Assembly: GCF_964204645.1 (NCBI RefSeq)
Contig: NC_134029.1
Location: 13,108,850-13,172,849, forward strand
DNA length: 64,000 nt
Origin: Tubulanus polymorphus
Taxonomy: Eukaryota; Animalia; Nemertea
Reading direction: 5' to 3'
Part shown: positions 24,501 through 38,807 of the stretch, one piece after another
How the letters are laid out: each line of letters starts with the position of its first letter
Position numbering within the stretch: the stretch's first letter is position 1
Made by a program: the position numbers and the translations under genes
The notes under the pieces: generated by a model
Database searches by the model: none
Seen by the model: only the letters and a program-made list of their open reading frames with translations
Told to the model about the DNA's origin: nothing

Positions 24501-26718
24501 CAAAATCAGTTCATTGAATTTCATTGAACTGAATTTTTAGACTCGCGAATCCATATACTATGCAAATATGCAATAAATTCATTCTTTTACTTAGGTATCG
24601 GAAAGATGAGAGAAAAATTCATTCAGATTTAATTAATCGAAATGTGGAAGAAATTGAACGCGGACGACCAACTATCTACCACCGAACCTGGCGGATCCTC
24701 GCCTGCCATGAGTGGAATCCTCGATTGCCGCAGTAGCGGTGTGTGGGTGCCCCATACACTCTAACCCTAACCAAAAAAAGTATTTGTTAACATTCACAAA
24801 AGCGACTGTAACCAAGTTTAAATCACATCATTATGTTGCACTTCATTAAGGTCTTTTCAATTTATTTTCAAAGGTTAAATATAGAATGAAATATTTTCAC
24901 TTTAGGGATGGCCGTTCTCTTGAGGTTATCGTAAAAGACCACGCTGCCAAGGTAGTTGAACAAGATTCCGAAGAGACATTGAGTTTCACGTGTAGAAGAA
25001 AGTTTATCTTTAAAGATGCCGTTGCTAAGCTGAAGAGGACGAATTCTTCAAAACTAACCAAGCCTGTTCAAGTGACCTTCTTGGGAGAGGCTGGAATTGA
25101 CAATGGTGGTCCTCGAAGGGAATTCCTGGAATTAGTCATTTCAGAGGCTGCTAGATCTCCGCTTCTTCTTGTGCCAGAAAATTCGAGATCACTGAGTCAT
25201 GACTTGGTAGCTCTGGATAACAGATCATGTTTTTCATTTTGGCCAGTTAATAGCTTTGAACCTTATTCATGGCGGGGCTGGGGCCCGCTTTTTTAATTCA
25301 TTAATTGCCAAAATTATCCTGTACGAGAAGTATGATGCCAAAAAAATCGTTGTCGAAGAAGTGCCTGATGTCGATTTACGCAAAAAACTACAACAGGTGT
25401 AGTATTCATTAATTTTTTTAGCCCATTTGTACTGAAGTCCTAGTGGGCTGTTGCATTCACTTTTTAGCCCACTTGGGCTATTGCTAATTCCTCGACCTGT
25501 AGCTTCCTAATGAGTTTCAAGCTCATTGATTTGTATATGTTTACCATGATGTTGAATATTGAATTGTCAAATTGTCAAGCATTTCACAAAGTAGGCATGG
25601 TTTCCCTGGACTCTCAGTTCAAGAGTTTGTATTCGGGTTCATTATAAGACAGTACTAATACACTTTTGATTGTTTCAACTTTCTTTTGCAGCTAAATGAG
25701 ATTTGTGACGAAGCTGAATTGGTGAAATTTGTAGATGAAAATCTAGAATGTCGCTTTGAAATGGGCTTTACAAAACCCTCTATTTTCATAAAATTGTCCG
25801 ACAAACAAAAGATAGTAGAGTATCTGGCCTTGAACTCCCTGGTTCACCGTTCAAAATCAGAGCTAAACCAACTTCTAGAAGGTTAGTATTTTACAGTTTA
25901 GCAGTAGAATTTGCGAATGCAGCTATATTACATTTCGGTCTCAGCTTGGGTTTAAGGTTGTTTTCTGTTCACGCAGAGAGCTCGGTACGATTCTGTTCAT
26001 TAGGGCTACAATGTTTGAATTCTTGTACATCTTATGTTATGCAGGCATGTCGACTCTCGGAGTTCTGGATCTCATCCGCAAATTCCCCTCATCATTCGAA
26101 AAGGTCTTTAGTGGGGCTCCAAGTCCAATGTCCGTAGACTACATGACACAGTTATTTCATGTTGATTACTCCCCTCCTGGATCAAATAAGAGGGTAGAAG
26201 AAGAACAAATTATCATGAATTGGACGTTCTTACTCGAAGAATCATTTGGTAGGTTTAAGCACCTCCTGGTGTTATCATTTATACATCTACAGTCAAAATC
26301 CATTTTAAGGCTGCTATTCTTTTTAATTTCACTTTTATTTTTCACAGAACAAACTTATGTAACAAAATTATTATTTCTCTGCATTCTGAACTTGATAATT
26401 GAAACAAACAATGAGTTATTTTCATTAAATTCTGTTACAGAAGGCAATATCAAGGAAAAAACAGATGTTGGTGAGATGACCCTGTCCTTGGAGGATATTC
26501 ACATGTTTGTCACAGGATCTTCTCAGAAACCAATAATAGGTTTCCACCACAAGCCTAGGATCGAGTTCAATCATAGTGGTGATGGATACTTAGTACATGC
26601 CAATACTTGTGCCATGGTAATAAGACTTCCAGTGAATAAAAAGATGCTTGAGGTTAAAAGTTTTGTCAAGGAGATGACATTTTGTATATACAATTCCCCG
26701 TGATTTGGATGTATATAA
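21556..26718 (+). pseudogene. Transposon-borne HECT E3 ubiquitin ligase, SAM-Ubl/PB1-like-UBZ-SIM-UIM-HECT, 12 exons
   Basis: Phase-consistent exons 21556-21618, 22095-22227, 22303-22430, 22634-22939, 23014-23099, 23424-23499, 23675-23736, 23972-24103, 24906-25396, 25692-25881, 26045-26248, 26441-26718; FLGEAGIDNGGPRREFL, FVTGS, ANTC (catalytic Cys); 1-nt frameshift near 25230 and TGA in place of Gly of the terminal GFG. Confidence 0.9.
23151..23254. mobile_element. Short palindromic MITE in an intron
   Basis: cccagttccacagttgtgagttaa...taactcactactgtggaaccggg imperfect hairpin. Confidence 0.65.
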
Positions 26719-27336
26719 AATGATTTTATACATGCATTCATTTTAAATGGATATTCGAAGTAAATCAACATGAAATCCTCATGACACACATCCCATTTGT
26801 TTGTATGTTTTATTTACTATGTATTAAGTCGGATAATAGTCCTAGAATCTTTACCCATTAAAGCTCAAAGCACCCTTTTTGTCAATAGCTAGTATGACGG
26901 TGGTCGGGAATTGGGCCTGATCCCTCACGAATATAAATTCCGTCCCCGCCCAGCATACTGGTTGTTGACTCTTAAAAGTGCCCCCTCTTGGAATTTATCA
27001 AAGGCAGGTGATGGGAAATGTGCCATCATACACTCACCTTTGATATATCCCTAGAGTGGGCCAGGCTTTAAAGGGTAACAGGTTCAAGGGAAAACCGGTC
27101 ATTGAATTTGTCAGTCAAGGTTTCAGTTCAATCATATTGATATCAAAAGGCTTGTTGTGGATTGACAATTAACATTCCAGTTTATGAACTTATGTTTTAT
27201 TCATAAGACTACTTCGTTATTCATTTATTCAGTCCATTAAGTTTTTATATTTTTTGAACAAATAATACATAACATTGGTGTTTCAGATAAACGATTCAGC
27301 TGGTTTCTATCTATATACAGTCAAGTCTACAGTCTA

Positions 27337-27646
27337 CAGTCAACTCCTCTTAATCCGTAGAAGTGGGACCTGGCAAAATCATACGGATTAACTGAAAATA
27401 CAGATTATTTGAAAATTCTCAGAATATTAATACCTGGCCTAGTATAGGCAGGAAATAGCCCTTAAGGGGTGTATTATTAATTTTTTCACTTGTAAATTGA
27501 TTACTTAAGAATTAATACGGATTATTTCATACGGATTAACTGAATAATTTATTAAGGATTTGAACAAGAAAAAACGGGACTTTGAAATGACTACGGAATA
27601 ATTAAAAATCCGGATTAATGGGATCCGGATTAAGAGGAGTTGACTG
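27337..27646. mobile_element. Tc1/mariner (Tigger-like) MITE
   Basis: TIR cagtcaactcctcttaatccg, TA TSD. Confidence 0.85.
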
Positions 27647-29470
27647 TATATTACAATAATAAATGCAGGAAAGCTTGTCGGATTTCAATATAAGCATTTT
27701 TTCCTAAGTCATGTTCTGTTTCCATTGAACTTCTTGACAACTCTTGGAACACTGGTAGATCTGCTTCATCTATGGGACATGGAGTTAAGGGCACCATAAC
27801 TCTCTCGTGATCATCCAAGTTAGCTGCCATTAGTTCCTAAATGAAAGAGAATATAATTGGCACACATCATTTTGAGCTCAAAACTTGTATTACCAATTTA
27901 TAAAGAATATGATTATAAATAAATTAACTGAAAAATTATTCTACTGAAAAAGTTGTGCATGTGTTTTTTTTTACATGCCATATAAAATTTGGCCCTGGAA
28001 CCCAATATTCTCTTCTCTTCAGTGTTTTCCGTTTCCTCTCATCGATTCCATCTGGGTCGACCCGTCTTAACGACTCCCTTATCCGGTCACGCTGAACTCT
28101 AAGGCCTAAACTTTGTATGTGACCAGCATGTAGCTTTTCTCCCCAATTAGGATGAATGGCTACAGCATCTGCCACGATGTCATCAAGAATATCATCTGCA
28201 AATAGAAAAATTATGCTTTATTTGCTAGTAAGAAATACAGTAGACTCCGCCTAAACCAGTACAGTTGGGACTTTAATTTTTTCCACCGAATTAGGCGTTT
28301 ACCGGTTTAAAGAAATGCGAAAACCAATGTAGCTGTATTCAGATATCATAGGTGATTTACAAGACCTTACCCACCTGATAATTTATCTGACATATTAGAG
28401 ACGCGAAGTCCAAATTCCATAACACGTTGAGCAATAGTTCTTTCACAAACATTGAACATAATGCCAATCTCTTTATAAGTGAATGTATGTAGAATAAGAT
28501 ATTCAAGACTTTGATATGGTATCTCTCTTTTAGGTCTTCCACGAACCATTGCTGAAATTTAATTATCTAGCATCAGATTAATAGGAAGAGAAGACATACG
28601 AGTATGACTAAAGGGAGCATCTCAAAATTTCGATAGTTACTTCAATTAGAATAACTGTCTAATTCTTTCTAACCCCCCACCCCACCCTTTCAAAGTTGGA
28701 ACTATTGATTTTCTAATGAGAAACCACAGACAAAGATAAGACATTCTCACGAGTGTATTTCGCAATTATCACAACTTTTAATTGAAAAATAAAATAACAA
28801 AATTACAAGTGAAAAACCTACGGTACAGCCTAGATAAAACTTCCCACAAAACGCGTTTAAACCGCGGTTAAAACAAGATTATTTTACACGCAGTTGTTAC
28901 TTTGTTGCGCGCTTGTTCCAGGCGCGATTAAACGCGAGTGCGTATAAGACGCGCCTAAATCGCGTGTTAAAAGTCGCGACTATTTTGCCCTCTAGCGTTT
29001 AATCGCGATGAACAAATTATCAATTAAATTTTATTCAGTATCATCATACGTAAGTGCCACCTGCGGCAAGTGTAGTCGTCAATAATGTTCAATTCAATTC
29101 AAGGTCGTCGTTAAATCTTGTGGATCCGGAAATAAAATTTACAATCAAAGGTGGTATGATGGCAGAAATACGTAATATATGATATGAATTCATAGTGTTG
29201 TAGGAAACATATGTTAACCCTGACTATTTGTTACAACAACGGCTAATAAAAGCGGATCTGCAGTTTTACCAGCAGGTATCTACAGGTAAGGTAACTTTCA
29301 CGTGTTGATGTTTTAGGACTGTTGCTTTTTTATGACATGTTGCGTTGGTTTCCTCATGATGTCGATCGGATACAATTGGTTTTCTAATGAGAACAAAGAC
29401 AAAAGTCTGGCGAAGACGGGCGATTTTTTCGTGCGATTTTAGTGTGATTCGAGAAATAGGATGTTTAATA

Positions 29471-29797
29471 CATGGTTCCCACAGTTATATGAATTCAAAA
29501 TTCCCAAGTTTTCCCCAAGTATTTCATGGGTGACTTTTCAATTTTCCCAAATGCAAATGAACACATATTGTCATGCTACAGTCAACATTTTAGTAGTGAC
29601 TGGTTGATAAAGGTGATTCTCAAGGGAAACTGCTGAAGAAAGTTTCCCTTGGCAAATGCAATACGTGAAATGTAATGAATTTCCCAAATATTTCCCTGAT
29701 ATGAGAATTTTTCAAATTCCCAAATATTTCCAAACCGGGAATTATTATTTCAAAATTCCCAAGTTTTTCCCAATTTCCCTGTTCTGTGGGAACCATG
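29471..29797. mobile_element. hAT-like MITE with 6-bp TSD
   Basis: TIR catggttcccacag; ttaata directly repeated on both sides; ttccc subterminal repeats. Confidence 0.7.
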
Positions 29798-32057
29798 TTA
29801 ATATTGTGCGACGGAAAATCGCACGTCGCAGTGAAATCGCTCATCAGTCGTGGGAGCTAGCGACACGATGGAAAAATAATTTTAGGCCAATCAGCGACCA
29901 CCGATACATCACGTGGTACTTCCAATAAAGGATACGCTATCTTCCAGCTCATTTATGAGATTGTTATGAAGCTAAGATTCATTGACTTTATTTTCATGGA
30001 ACATAATTACATGTAATTGAATATTTTCTCTTACAAAAATATGCCACACAGCCCATAATGCCCACGGCTGTGCCTGCTTGATATCCAACTTCGAACCAAG
30101 TATTTAGAGCGTTCGACTGAACACAACAAAATCAAATAAGCTCCCAACAAAGCATTGAAGGAATCATCCTCGATGTCTGCCATTTTGTTATCAATCGCTC
30201 TCATCGCCGCTCGCAAGTCGCATGCACGTGCACACAGTCCCTGGTTTTACCCATCATTGGATAATGAATCGCACGCGATTGCTAATCGCTGCGACCGGCG
30301 ATCGATCGTCACTCATCTGCGCTCCGCTAAGGATAAGTTCTTATGAATGTATTTTGGTAACAACTTTTTATTGAAAATGGAATAGAAAAATTAATTTGAA
30401 AAACCTATCAAACTCTAATTGATTTTATTAAAACAATTTGATATGAAGTCGCCCATTATGAGAGCGGGTTCGAATCCTATAGTAGTGATCAATCGATGGG
30501 AAACCTTCAACCCTACACCCCCTTCTGCGAGTTAGCCTCTAATTGAAGCAACCATCGAAATTTTGAGATGCTCTACCTGCTATGCAAACAAGTCAAAATA
30601 AATTAACTACCAACATTGTCATTTAATCATGTTTAGATTAATTTCTTGCTTTTGCTTGCTTTTGACTTTCGATGTACATCAGACTCTTCTCAAACTAGGT
30701 CCATTTAAGAATAAGTATTCCTTCACCTACATCGGCCATATAGTCCAACTCGGATAAGTCGTATTCTAGTTTAATTTACTCAGTTCTATGTCATTTGGAT
30801 TACTCGCTAACGTAATGATCGTCCCAGCTATTGACAACTTAAGCGACTTCGACTTTACAGGACCCTCTTGTTTTGAAAAAAAAATATTCAAGTTACTCTT
30901 TGGTTCAAAAACTATATATTTCATTACATTTGTCCTCTAGTCTCTTCTGCAGTTGGAATTAACCCTTTTGTCATCTCTGGCTGTACATGCACAACAGTAA
31001 CTATGGATCCCAGCTGTTTCTTAAGACTGAAAGGACCTGAATAAATATGTTACTGACTTGAAATCCATGTACAGTCGACTCAATCCAATGGAAACTTCCT
31101 TCAATGCTTCCGACATTTGTGATACAGTATAACTCACTTTTTTCTGATGTCTAGGGACTGTCCAGATTTTTCTCTGAATAATGAACAATAGTTTACATAG
31201 TTTCTGATTGATAGTACCAATAATTTCATCCCGACTAAGTAAAAATCTGGATTTCAATATCAGAATTAAGTGAGTTCTACCGCATTTCAGAATTAAATTC
31301 TACAAATCCTTGATAAGGTTACTGAGGTTATATTAAACCTCATCAAATTTTGACAGCCAATAATCGATCAGGATGCCATCTATTGCACGGAATAGGATCA
31401 GAACAAATGGACAAATTCATAGAAATACTATGGAAATTGTCAATTTACCTGGAGGTAAACATGGGATGAACCTATTTCAGCTGGATTCAACTACCCGCTT
31501 TTTGAACATGGGATGTTAGAAATTTTAAAATTTTGAGTGGCATTAGTTATAAGAAAATAAGAGTTTTTGGATCTAGACCAAAACTTCTGGCAGGCAATTT
31601 GAGAAACAGCTCCTTTCCACATTTCTATTACAAACACGCTTTATCTAGATTTTGACCTGATTTGGATACTGATTGTGGTTCACCTATAAGTAAAATATTC
31701 AATTCTAAATTTCTCAAAAGAAGACTGATTCTATGATCCAAATTAACCTGGCTTTGACTATACAATAGTCCTTAAAGGTTGAATCAGTAACTAATTCACA
31801 GGGCTGCCAACCCTCCCGAATTATTCGGAATCCTCCCGATTTGCGTGAAGAAATTCCGACGATACGATCGGGTATACAAAATTCCGATTTTTTTTCCTTT
31901 TTCGGCGATGTCCAATTTTCCACCCGCCAGCGCGTTGTAACACAGTATGATGACTTGGTAGAACAGAATTGAATAGGTGGGGAATATATATGCACGCGCG
32001 CGGCGGATGAGTGCGTCGCTATATATACTGTGTACGTGGGTCAGGCGATAAACAGCG

Positions 32058-32095
<38 letters not shown>
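32058..32095. repeat. (TG)n microsatellite
   Basis: About 18 TG units. Confidence 0.95.
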
Positions 32096-32098
<3 letters not shown>

Positions 32099-32634
32099 AG
32101 AGTAACTGTGTTATTGATTTTATCTACGCATGGCGCACGATTATTTCGTAGTAGGAGAGCAGCTTCTTAATTTGTTTCAAGAATCAAAATAAAGTTCATT
32201 CGTTTTAAAATACGTTGTTTTAAATCATTCTTGTGAAAATATTATGACATGTGGCAAAATGTGATTGTTATTGTCAAATTGCTCTGCATCGTTTCGGAGA
32301 AGAATTGGTTTACTGCGGTAATTAGCTCGTTTTCGCAACGCGATGAGCATTCGAAGATCCGGGTTAGATTTCAACGTGTGGACTCGTTATTTGTGGTTGA
32401 ATTGTTTCGGTAAGCAATTGCTTTGTTAGTTTGAACCTTAATGTTGTCACTCTTGTATTAGTTTGATTTAAAAAGATAATTTAAGATGCTTTTGAGCAGT
32501 GCATCTCAAAGTAAACTTTTAGTTCGCATATTTGGCAGATGGCAGCACCATCGAGTTGCATGTAGATTTAGAGACTTTTTACTGTTTGTATCTTTCAGTT
32601 CTGTACGTGGAATTAATGCTGGAAATTAACAGAA

Positions 32635-35499
32635 ATGGATTTATTTACTGTCACTGAAACAGGATCTGAAGTTGAAGACGAAGAACCTTTTCCCTCCGAT
32701 GTTGGTGATGACACCAATGACGATCGTGAGCCTCCTCCGAAAAAAACCAAAGAAAATGAATCTAGTAAAACGAAGCAGAGGTTTAAGAACGAATATTCTC
32801 AGAAATATTCTTTTATTAAACCTAGTTCGCTAGGCCGTTATTACGCATACTGTGATAGATGTGGTTCGCATATCAACATATCGCATGGTGGCCTTAATGA
32901 TATAGAAAAAAAACATTTTTCCACAACTAAACACAAGTCAGCAGCTAATGTAGAAAAAATCTCGAAGTTTTTTAGTACTTCGCAGGAGAAAGAAAGTTTG
33001 ATCAAGGCTGAGACATTATTCACAGTCTTTGTGGTTATGAACAGTTTACCTCTCGCAGTTTCCGATAAGGCTGGGCAACTATTCAGAGATATGTTCCCTG
33101 GCCATCCGAATGCTACGAATTATAAATGCGGTCGCACCAAAACAACTCATATTGTGAATGCGGTTGCGACTGATATCGTGTCATCTACTGTATCGAGATT
33201 GAAATCATCTCCCTTTGTTCTTGGTGTAGATGGTTCTACGTACAAACAAGAGACATATTATCCAATCGTTGTGAGATATGTGGATGAACAGTTAGAAACA
33301 AAATTGGACCTGTTAGCTAACCCAATATGGAATCAGTCGCACACAGGAGAGGCAATATTTAATATAATCAAAGCAGAATTAGAAGTGAACGCTATACCAT
33401 GGGAGAATCTACTTTCGCTTGTGTGTGATAACACAAATAGCAATGTTGGAAGACACAAGGGTGTAATAAAATATGTTAGAGATCACCAAAAAGAGGTACA
33501 CCTCGCTGGATGCGTTAATCATTTGCTCCATTTAGCATTGAAGAAAGGCCTGAATACAGCCATTAAGGTAACTAAGATTTTACTTTTGATTTCATTTTCA
33601 ATATGTAGTAATTTCACCATCTTCTAATTTTCATCAACTCAGATAGGATAGCCTTATTCGTTCAGCTTACACGTGCTGCCTTATGGTTTACACATAATCA
33701 AATGACATAAACTCAATAAAGTTAAAGTTCTAGAAACTTGTAGTTGCTATTCTGCTGTACCATTGTTATACTTTCATCGTTTGAAATCGGTGCGCATATC
33801 TTTTGTTTACAGCCTTTATTTGACTTTGATGATCTATTACGCCAGCTGCATTGGTATGTAACCAAAACGAGTAAAAGATCTGCAAGTTTTCAAACCATCC
33901 AGAAGGAATGCGGCCTGCCAGATCATACGATACTGAAGCATGTGGCTACACGCTGGCTCAGTATGGGCCCAGCCCTTAGCAGGATGCTGGAACAATGGGA
34001 AGCGCTGAGGAGATATTTTGCGAAAGAGATAGGCCATGATACTGATGGAGATGATGATCAAGAGTTTCTCGACGATTTTGATGATGGCCCTGTCACCGCA
34101 GGAGCGATAAAAACTAAATTACACAAGTTTTTCCAGAGACGCACATCAAAACTATACACTGCATTTCTGATTAAAGCGATCTCGGTAAGCATTATATCAC
34201 CAAGTCATAACCCTAAATAATTAGGATTATAAACTTTTTTGTGTTTTATAGGGTCTTTCTTACTGATAAAAGATTTTATTTCACAAGCTCTTATGATTTC
34301 TTTTTTTACAGGTGTTTGAGAGCACAAATGGATACCTTGAAACTGAAAGTGCATTGGTTCACAAAGTGAAACGAATTTTGGAGCGACTTATGTACAGACT
34401 ACTTCTCTGTATATGCAAGCCAGCAGCATTTAACCAGGGTTGTACACCTTACTCAATCGATTTCACCTCAAGGTATTTTTCATCCATCCAGTGTCATTGT
34501 AATTCCTTTGTAAGTGAATAAATTTTTTTCACTGGAGTAGATTCTTTTAGGCCTACATAAAGAAATGTAGTGAGTTTCATTTGCATTACACTACTTCTTC
34601 TGCTGTTAACTATTATTAATGCTGTCTGATGTAACTTTTATTCAGCTCCTTGCATATGTATTTATGATAATTTTCTTTACCCCTAGGTATAATATAAAAG
34701 ACAAAAAAGACCTGTTCATAGGGGATGAGGCTCGGAAATTGGTGGAAACAGTCACTGACGAAACCAAGAAGAAATTCTATCAGGATGTTGTGAAGTTTTA
34801 TTCAGCTGCCTGCACCTACCTGAAGGAGAAGGTGAATCCAAAAGACCAGCCTCTTTGGAGTCATGCTGAGGTAAAATATTCATTGAATTTGAGAACTCAA
34901 AAGAGTATTTATTCTTTCGTAATTGTATTGTTTCATAGACTTATCAACTTTTGTGTAACGATTGATAATAATAATTTTTGTAGGTAGCTGATCCACTGAT
35001 GCGTAAGGTTAGATCATTCCAGTCAGTGATATACTTCATGGACAGATTCCCTGTAATTCTTGGAGATATTGTTTTTAGAGATGACTTGGAAATCGAATAT
35101 GCTGACTTCCAAACTTTGCATGATGATGATTTTCCATCTGGTTTCCATAGTCCACCAGCAAGGGCCGATGAAAAATCAAAAGAAGTGACTGTTGAGACAC
35201 AATGGAAAATCATACATAAGATGTTGGATGATGTTGGGTCGATACGTTTCAGATTGCTGCCAAGGGTGATGTGTCATATATTGCTTGTACCAGTCAGTAA
35301 TGCTGGCTGCGAAAGAATTTTTAGTTTCGTAAGGAAGAACCGTACGGATTCAAGAGCAGCTTTGGGTCAGAAGACCTTGCAGTCACTGATGGTTATGAAA
35401 ACATCCACACAATGCAAAGACTTTCAACCATCCTCAGATTTGCTTAAGAAAGTGAAAAGTGCGACATATAATGCTTTGAATAATATTGATACAAACTAG
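32635..35499 (+). CDS. hAT transposase, 5 coding exons (32635-33567, 33813-34184, 34312-34472, 34687-34870, 34984-35499)
   Basis: BED/TTF-like CxxC..H..H finger; VDGST, VCDNT, CVNH, TRW, SNAGCERIFS motifs; splice phases consistent, no stops. Confidence 0.92.
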
Positions 35500-37027
35500 A
35501 CAATCTGAATGGTGACTATGTCTCTGGTCTATACTGACTGACTCTTGTCTCTGAAAAAAATGTGAAAATCTCAAATTAGTAGAGTTATCAGTATTCTGGA
35601 GTTAAATCTAAATTAGATTTCAATAATAATAGTTGATTTGAATATTTTTTTATTTTAGCAAGATGAAAACAGAGTTGAAATTTGACCCATGACTGTAGTT
35701 GTATTTAAGTTAGGCAATCTATGTACAGTATGCCAGGACAGTATTTCCATTTTAAGGGTTTATATTGCAATCTGTCACATGACAGCTGTATAGTGTTATG
35801 TAATTCGTTTGACAATTTATGCCAGTTTAATGTTCTTATTTTTAGTCTATTGTATATTTTTGATAAACACTGTTGATTTTTATCTTTCATAAAATAATAA
35901 AGAAAAAATACATTCTGTTGAATTTGCTGATTTTTTATTTTGCTAATAGATAATTTCATCTTTCATAAAATAATAAAGAAAAAATACATTCTGCAGAACT
36001 TGCTTATTGGTTTACCTTTGTTAGCGATATGAAGTTGGCATTGAGCCAATTCATGTAAAATCGCGGTACGTTTTTTTATGTGAGCATTTGTTTCATTGGT
36101 TCTCGGCTTAAACGATGTATAATCGATGCGATTGAAGACATGGCGAACCTCCTAATTGAAAGCAAAATATTCCTACTTGGAAAAGTCACAATTTCTTCGG
36201 TTTCGATATATTCCTATTGAAACCTTCAATATTCCTAATTAATCTGCCATTCATCCCTAAATGGAATTTTGAAAGGTTGGCAGCCCTGAATTCAGGCAAA
36301 TCCACTAGTTTAAGAGACACCAGTATCAAGATTATATTCAACATCAGAAAACCATGTATTTTCAAAATTATAGATCCGTAAAAACAGAACTTTATTTGGA
36401 AAAAACAGTTGATATAATGACAAATAAAAGTTCATTGTTACTTTTATATTTATCCGCCGGTTATCTTTAACCAACTTATGAGCAACTGGCCCCTGGATGT
36501 ATATAAAAACCTATTCATCTATGTTTACCCATTCAGGCACACTATCGGAAAATCTTCGCTTCACATTTAAATGGAAAGTTTAACATTTTACCAAATTTCT
36601 CAACGCTGACGATTTGTTCGATCGATAGCTTTTACACACTCTTTCCACACTATCTCCATAGTAGCTGGTGGACATGGGAAGTAAGTAGAACGATAATAAT
36701 TAATTTCATAAGGCAATACCTGGGGCCAGTTGTTCAAAAGTTGGTTAAAGCTACCAAGTTGACTGTTGACATAAAGACAAATAAAAGTTTATTGTTACTG
36801 TTTTATTTATCTGCCGGTTATCTTTAACCAACTTTTGAGCAACTGGCCCCTAGATGTATATAAAAACCTCATATGAAAGAGAACTAAAATATCAAAAAGC
36901 TTTTTACTAAAATATCAAAAAGCTTTTTACTAAAACAAGCAGCCCTTGCCTGATAACTCTATTCATCTATGTTTACCCATTCAGGCACACTATCTGAAAA
37001 TCTTCGCTTCACATTTAAATGGAAAGT

Positions 37028-38005
37028 TTAACATTTTACCAAATTTCTCAAACGCTGACGATTTGTTCGATCGATAGCTTTTACACACTCTTTCCACACT
37101 ATCTCCATAGTAGCTGGTGGACATGGGAAGTAACTAAAACATTTTTCTTTGATGTATGCTATTTTTCTATCATCTAATTTTGCCTTACGCTGTAAGCCAT
37201 TTACATTTCTATTGACGATATTACTGACATCTGGAAATAAAATTGTTTTCAGTTTAGCAACAAATGCCGTTCTAGAATGTTTACTTTTGTCGAACATAAT
37301 CTTCGAAATTTCAGGTGAAATATATTCATAATTCGAATCTAAACTTTTGATTATTGACGAATGATTGGGCGTATAAGAGATCATCCCGATATTGAAATGA
37401 TTTTCTTCATTAGGACCAGACCTATCGATTGTTGATGATGACTCACTCAGAGATTCTAAGATAACTTCCGAATTATTGCTATCATTTATGTGTAATGGTG
37501 CAAATGGTGTGCTCGCGTGACAATAGTTTGGGGAAGAAAAATTAATACAACTACCGGGATACTGCGTCGGGATACTACTTGTATGAGTAGTTGAAGTTGA
37601 TGGCTTTGTGGTTATAGATAGGCAAGGCGGAATATCTAAGAGGGAGTCACCAAAATCGAAATCTGATCCTAAATCGGACTCTACAGATGGTTCATCTGCT
37701 GATTGATTTCTTGGATCTGGCAACGATATATTTTTAGAATTAGACACAATATCAAGACATTTTTGCCCAATTTCCAGTAATAAATCCATTCTTGAGTTGG
37801 TGACCTTAAGTTGATTTAATATCTGCACGTCATTGCTCTTGTTTTGGAAATCCTCAACTTAAGTTTTTACTTGTTTTAGCTCCGTTTCTGAGAGACTAAC
37901 TTTAAGGGGGCTATCTTGCAGTATCATCTTCTTGATATCTTCTTCTGTAACAGATATCTTCTTCTGTAACAGATGAAGTATCAGCACTGCCACTTGCGCA
38001 ATCGA
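37028..38005 (-). pseudogene. Duplicated BEN-domain exon lacking its splice acceptor, with a frameshifting micro-duplication
   Basis: Near-identical to 38808-39770; gatatcttcttctgtaaca duplicated at ~37935-37970. Confidence 0.75.
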
Positions 38006-38807
38006 TTATTTATCCGCCGGTTATCTTTAACCAACTTTTGAGCAACTCGCCCATAGATGTATATAAAAACCTCATATGAAAGAGAACTCAAATATAAAAA
38101 AGCTTTTTACCAAACCAAGCAGCCCTTGGCTGATAACTCTATTCATCTATGTTGACCCATTCAGGCACACTATCTGAAAGTCTTCACTTCACATTTAAAT
38201 GGAAAGTTTAACATTTTACCAAATTTCTCAAACGCTGACGATTTGTTCGATCGATAGCTTTTACACACTCTTTCCACACTATTTCCATAGTAGCTGGTGG
38301 ACATGGGAAGTAAATAGAACGATAATAATTAATTTCATAAGGCAATACCTGGGGCCAGTTGTTCAAAAGTTGGTTAAAGCTAAGGGATCATTCATTTATT
38401 ACGTAACCATAAAATTTGAATTTTTAACCCCCCCTCCCCTCTGTAAGCAAAATCGGCCATTACAGTACACAATTGCACTGACCCCTCCCCCTGCCTCCTC
38501 CCCTAATGCGTACGTAATAAATGAATGACCCCTAACAAGTGGATTGTTGACATAATGACAAATAAAAGTTTATTGTTACTTTATTATTTATCCGCCGGTT
38601 ATCTTTAACCAACTTTTGAGCAACTGGCCCCTAGATGTATATAAAAACCTCATATGAAAGAGAACTAAAATATCAAAAAGCTTTTTACTAAAATATCAAA
38701 AAGCTTTTTACTAAAACAAGCAGCCTTGCCTGATAACTCTATTCATCTATGTTTACCCATTCAGGCACACTATCTGAAAATTTTCGCTTCACATTTAAAT
38801 GGAAAGT

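Larger units (their letters stand above)
31799..36288 (+). mobile_element. hAT DNA transposon with 6-bp TSD, apparently autonomous
   Basis: TIR cagggctgccaacc; aattca directly repeated on both sides. Confidence 0.92.

Noticed and set aside
26701-26703. TGA as selenocysteine or readthrough in the HECT tail
   Set aside because: The position is normally Gly (GGA>TGA) and the gene also has a frameshift; simple decay explains it
24886-26703. Host G2E3-like E3 ligase gene
   Set aside because: Lies between TIRs with a TSD, opposite a transposase; transposon cargo rather than a host locus
29930-31260. Harbinger-like (30031-30216) and psq-HTH-like (31021-31257) coding remnants
   Set aside because: Only weak N-terminal resemblance and too degraded to call
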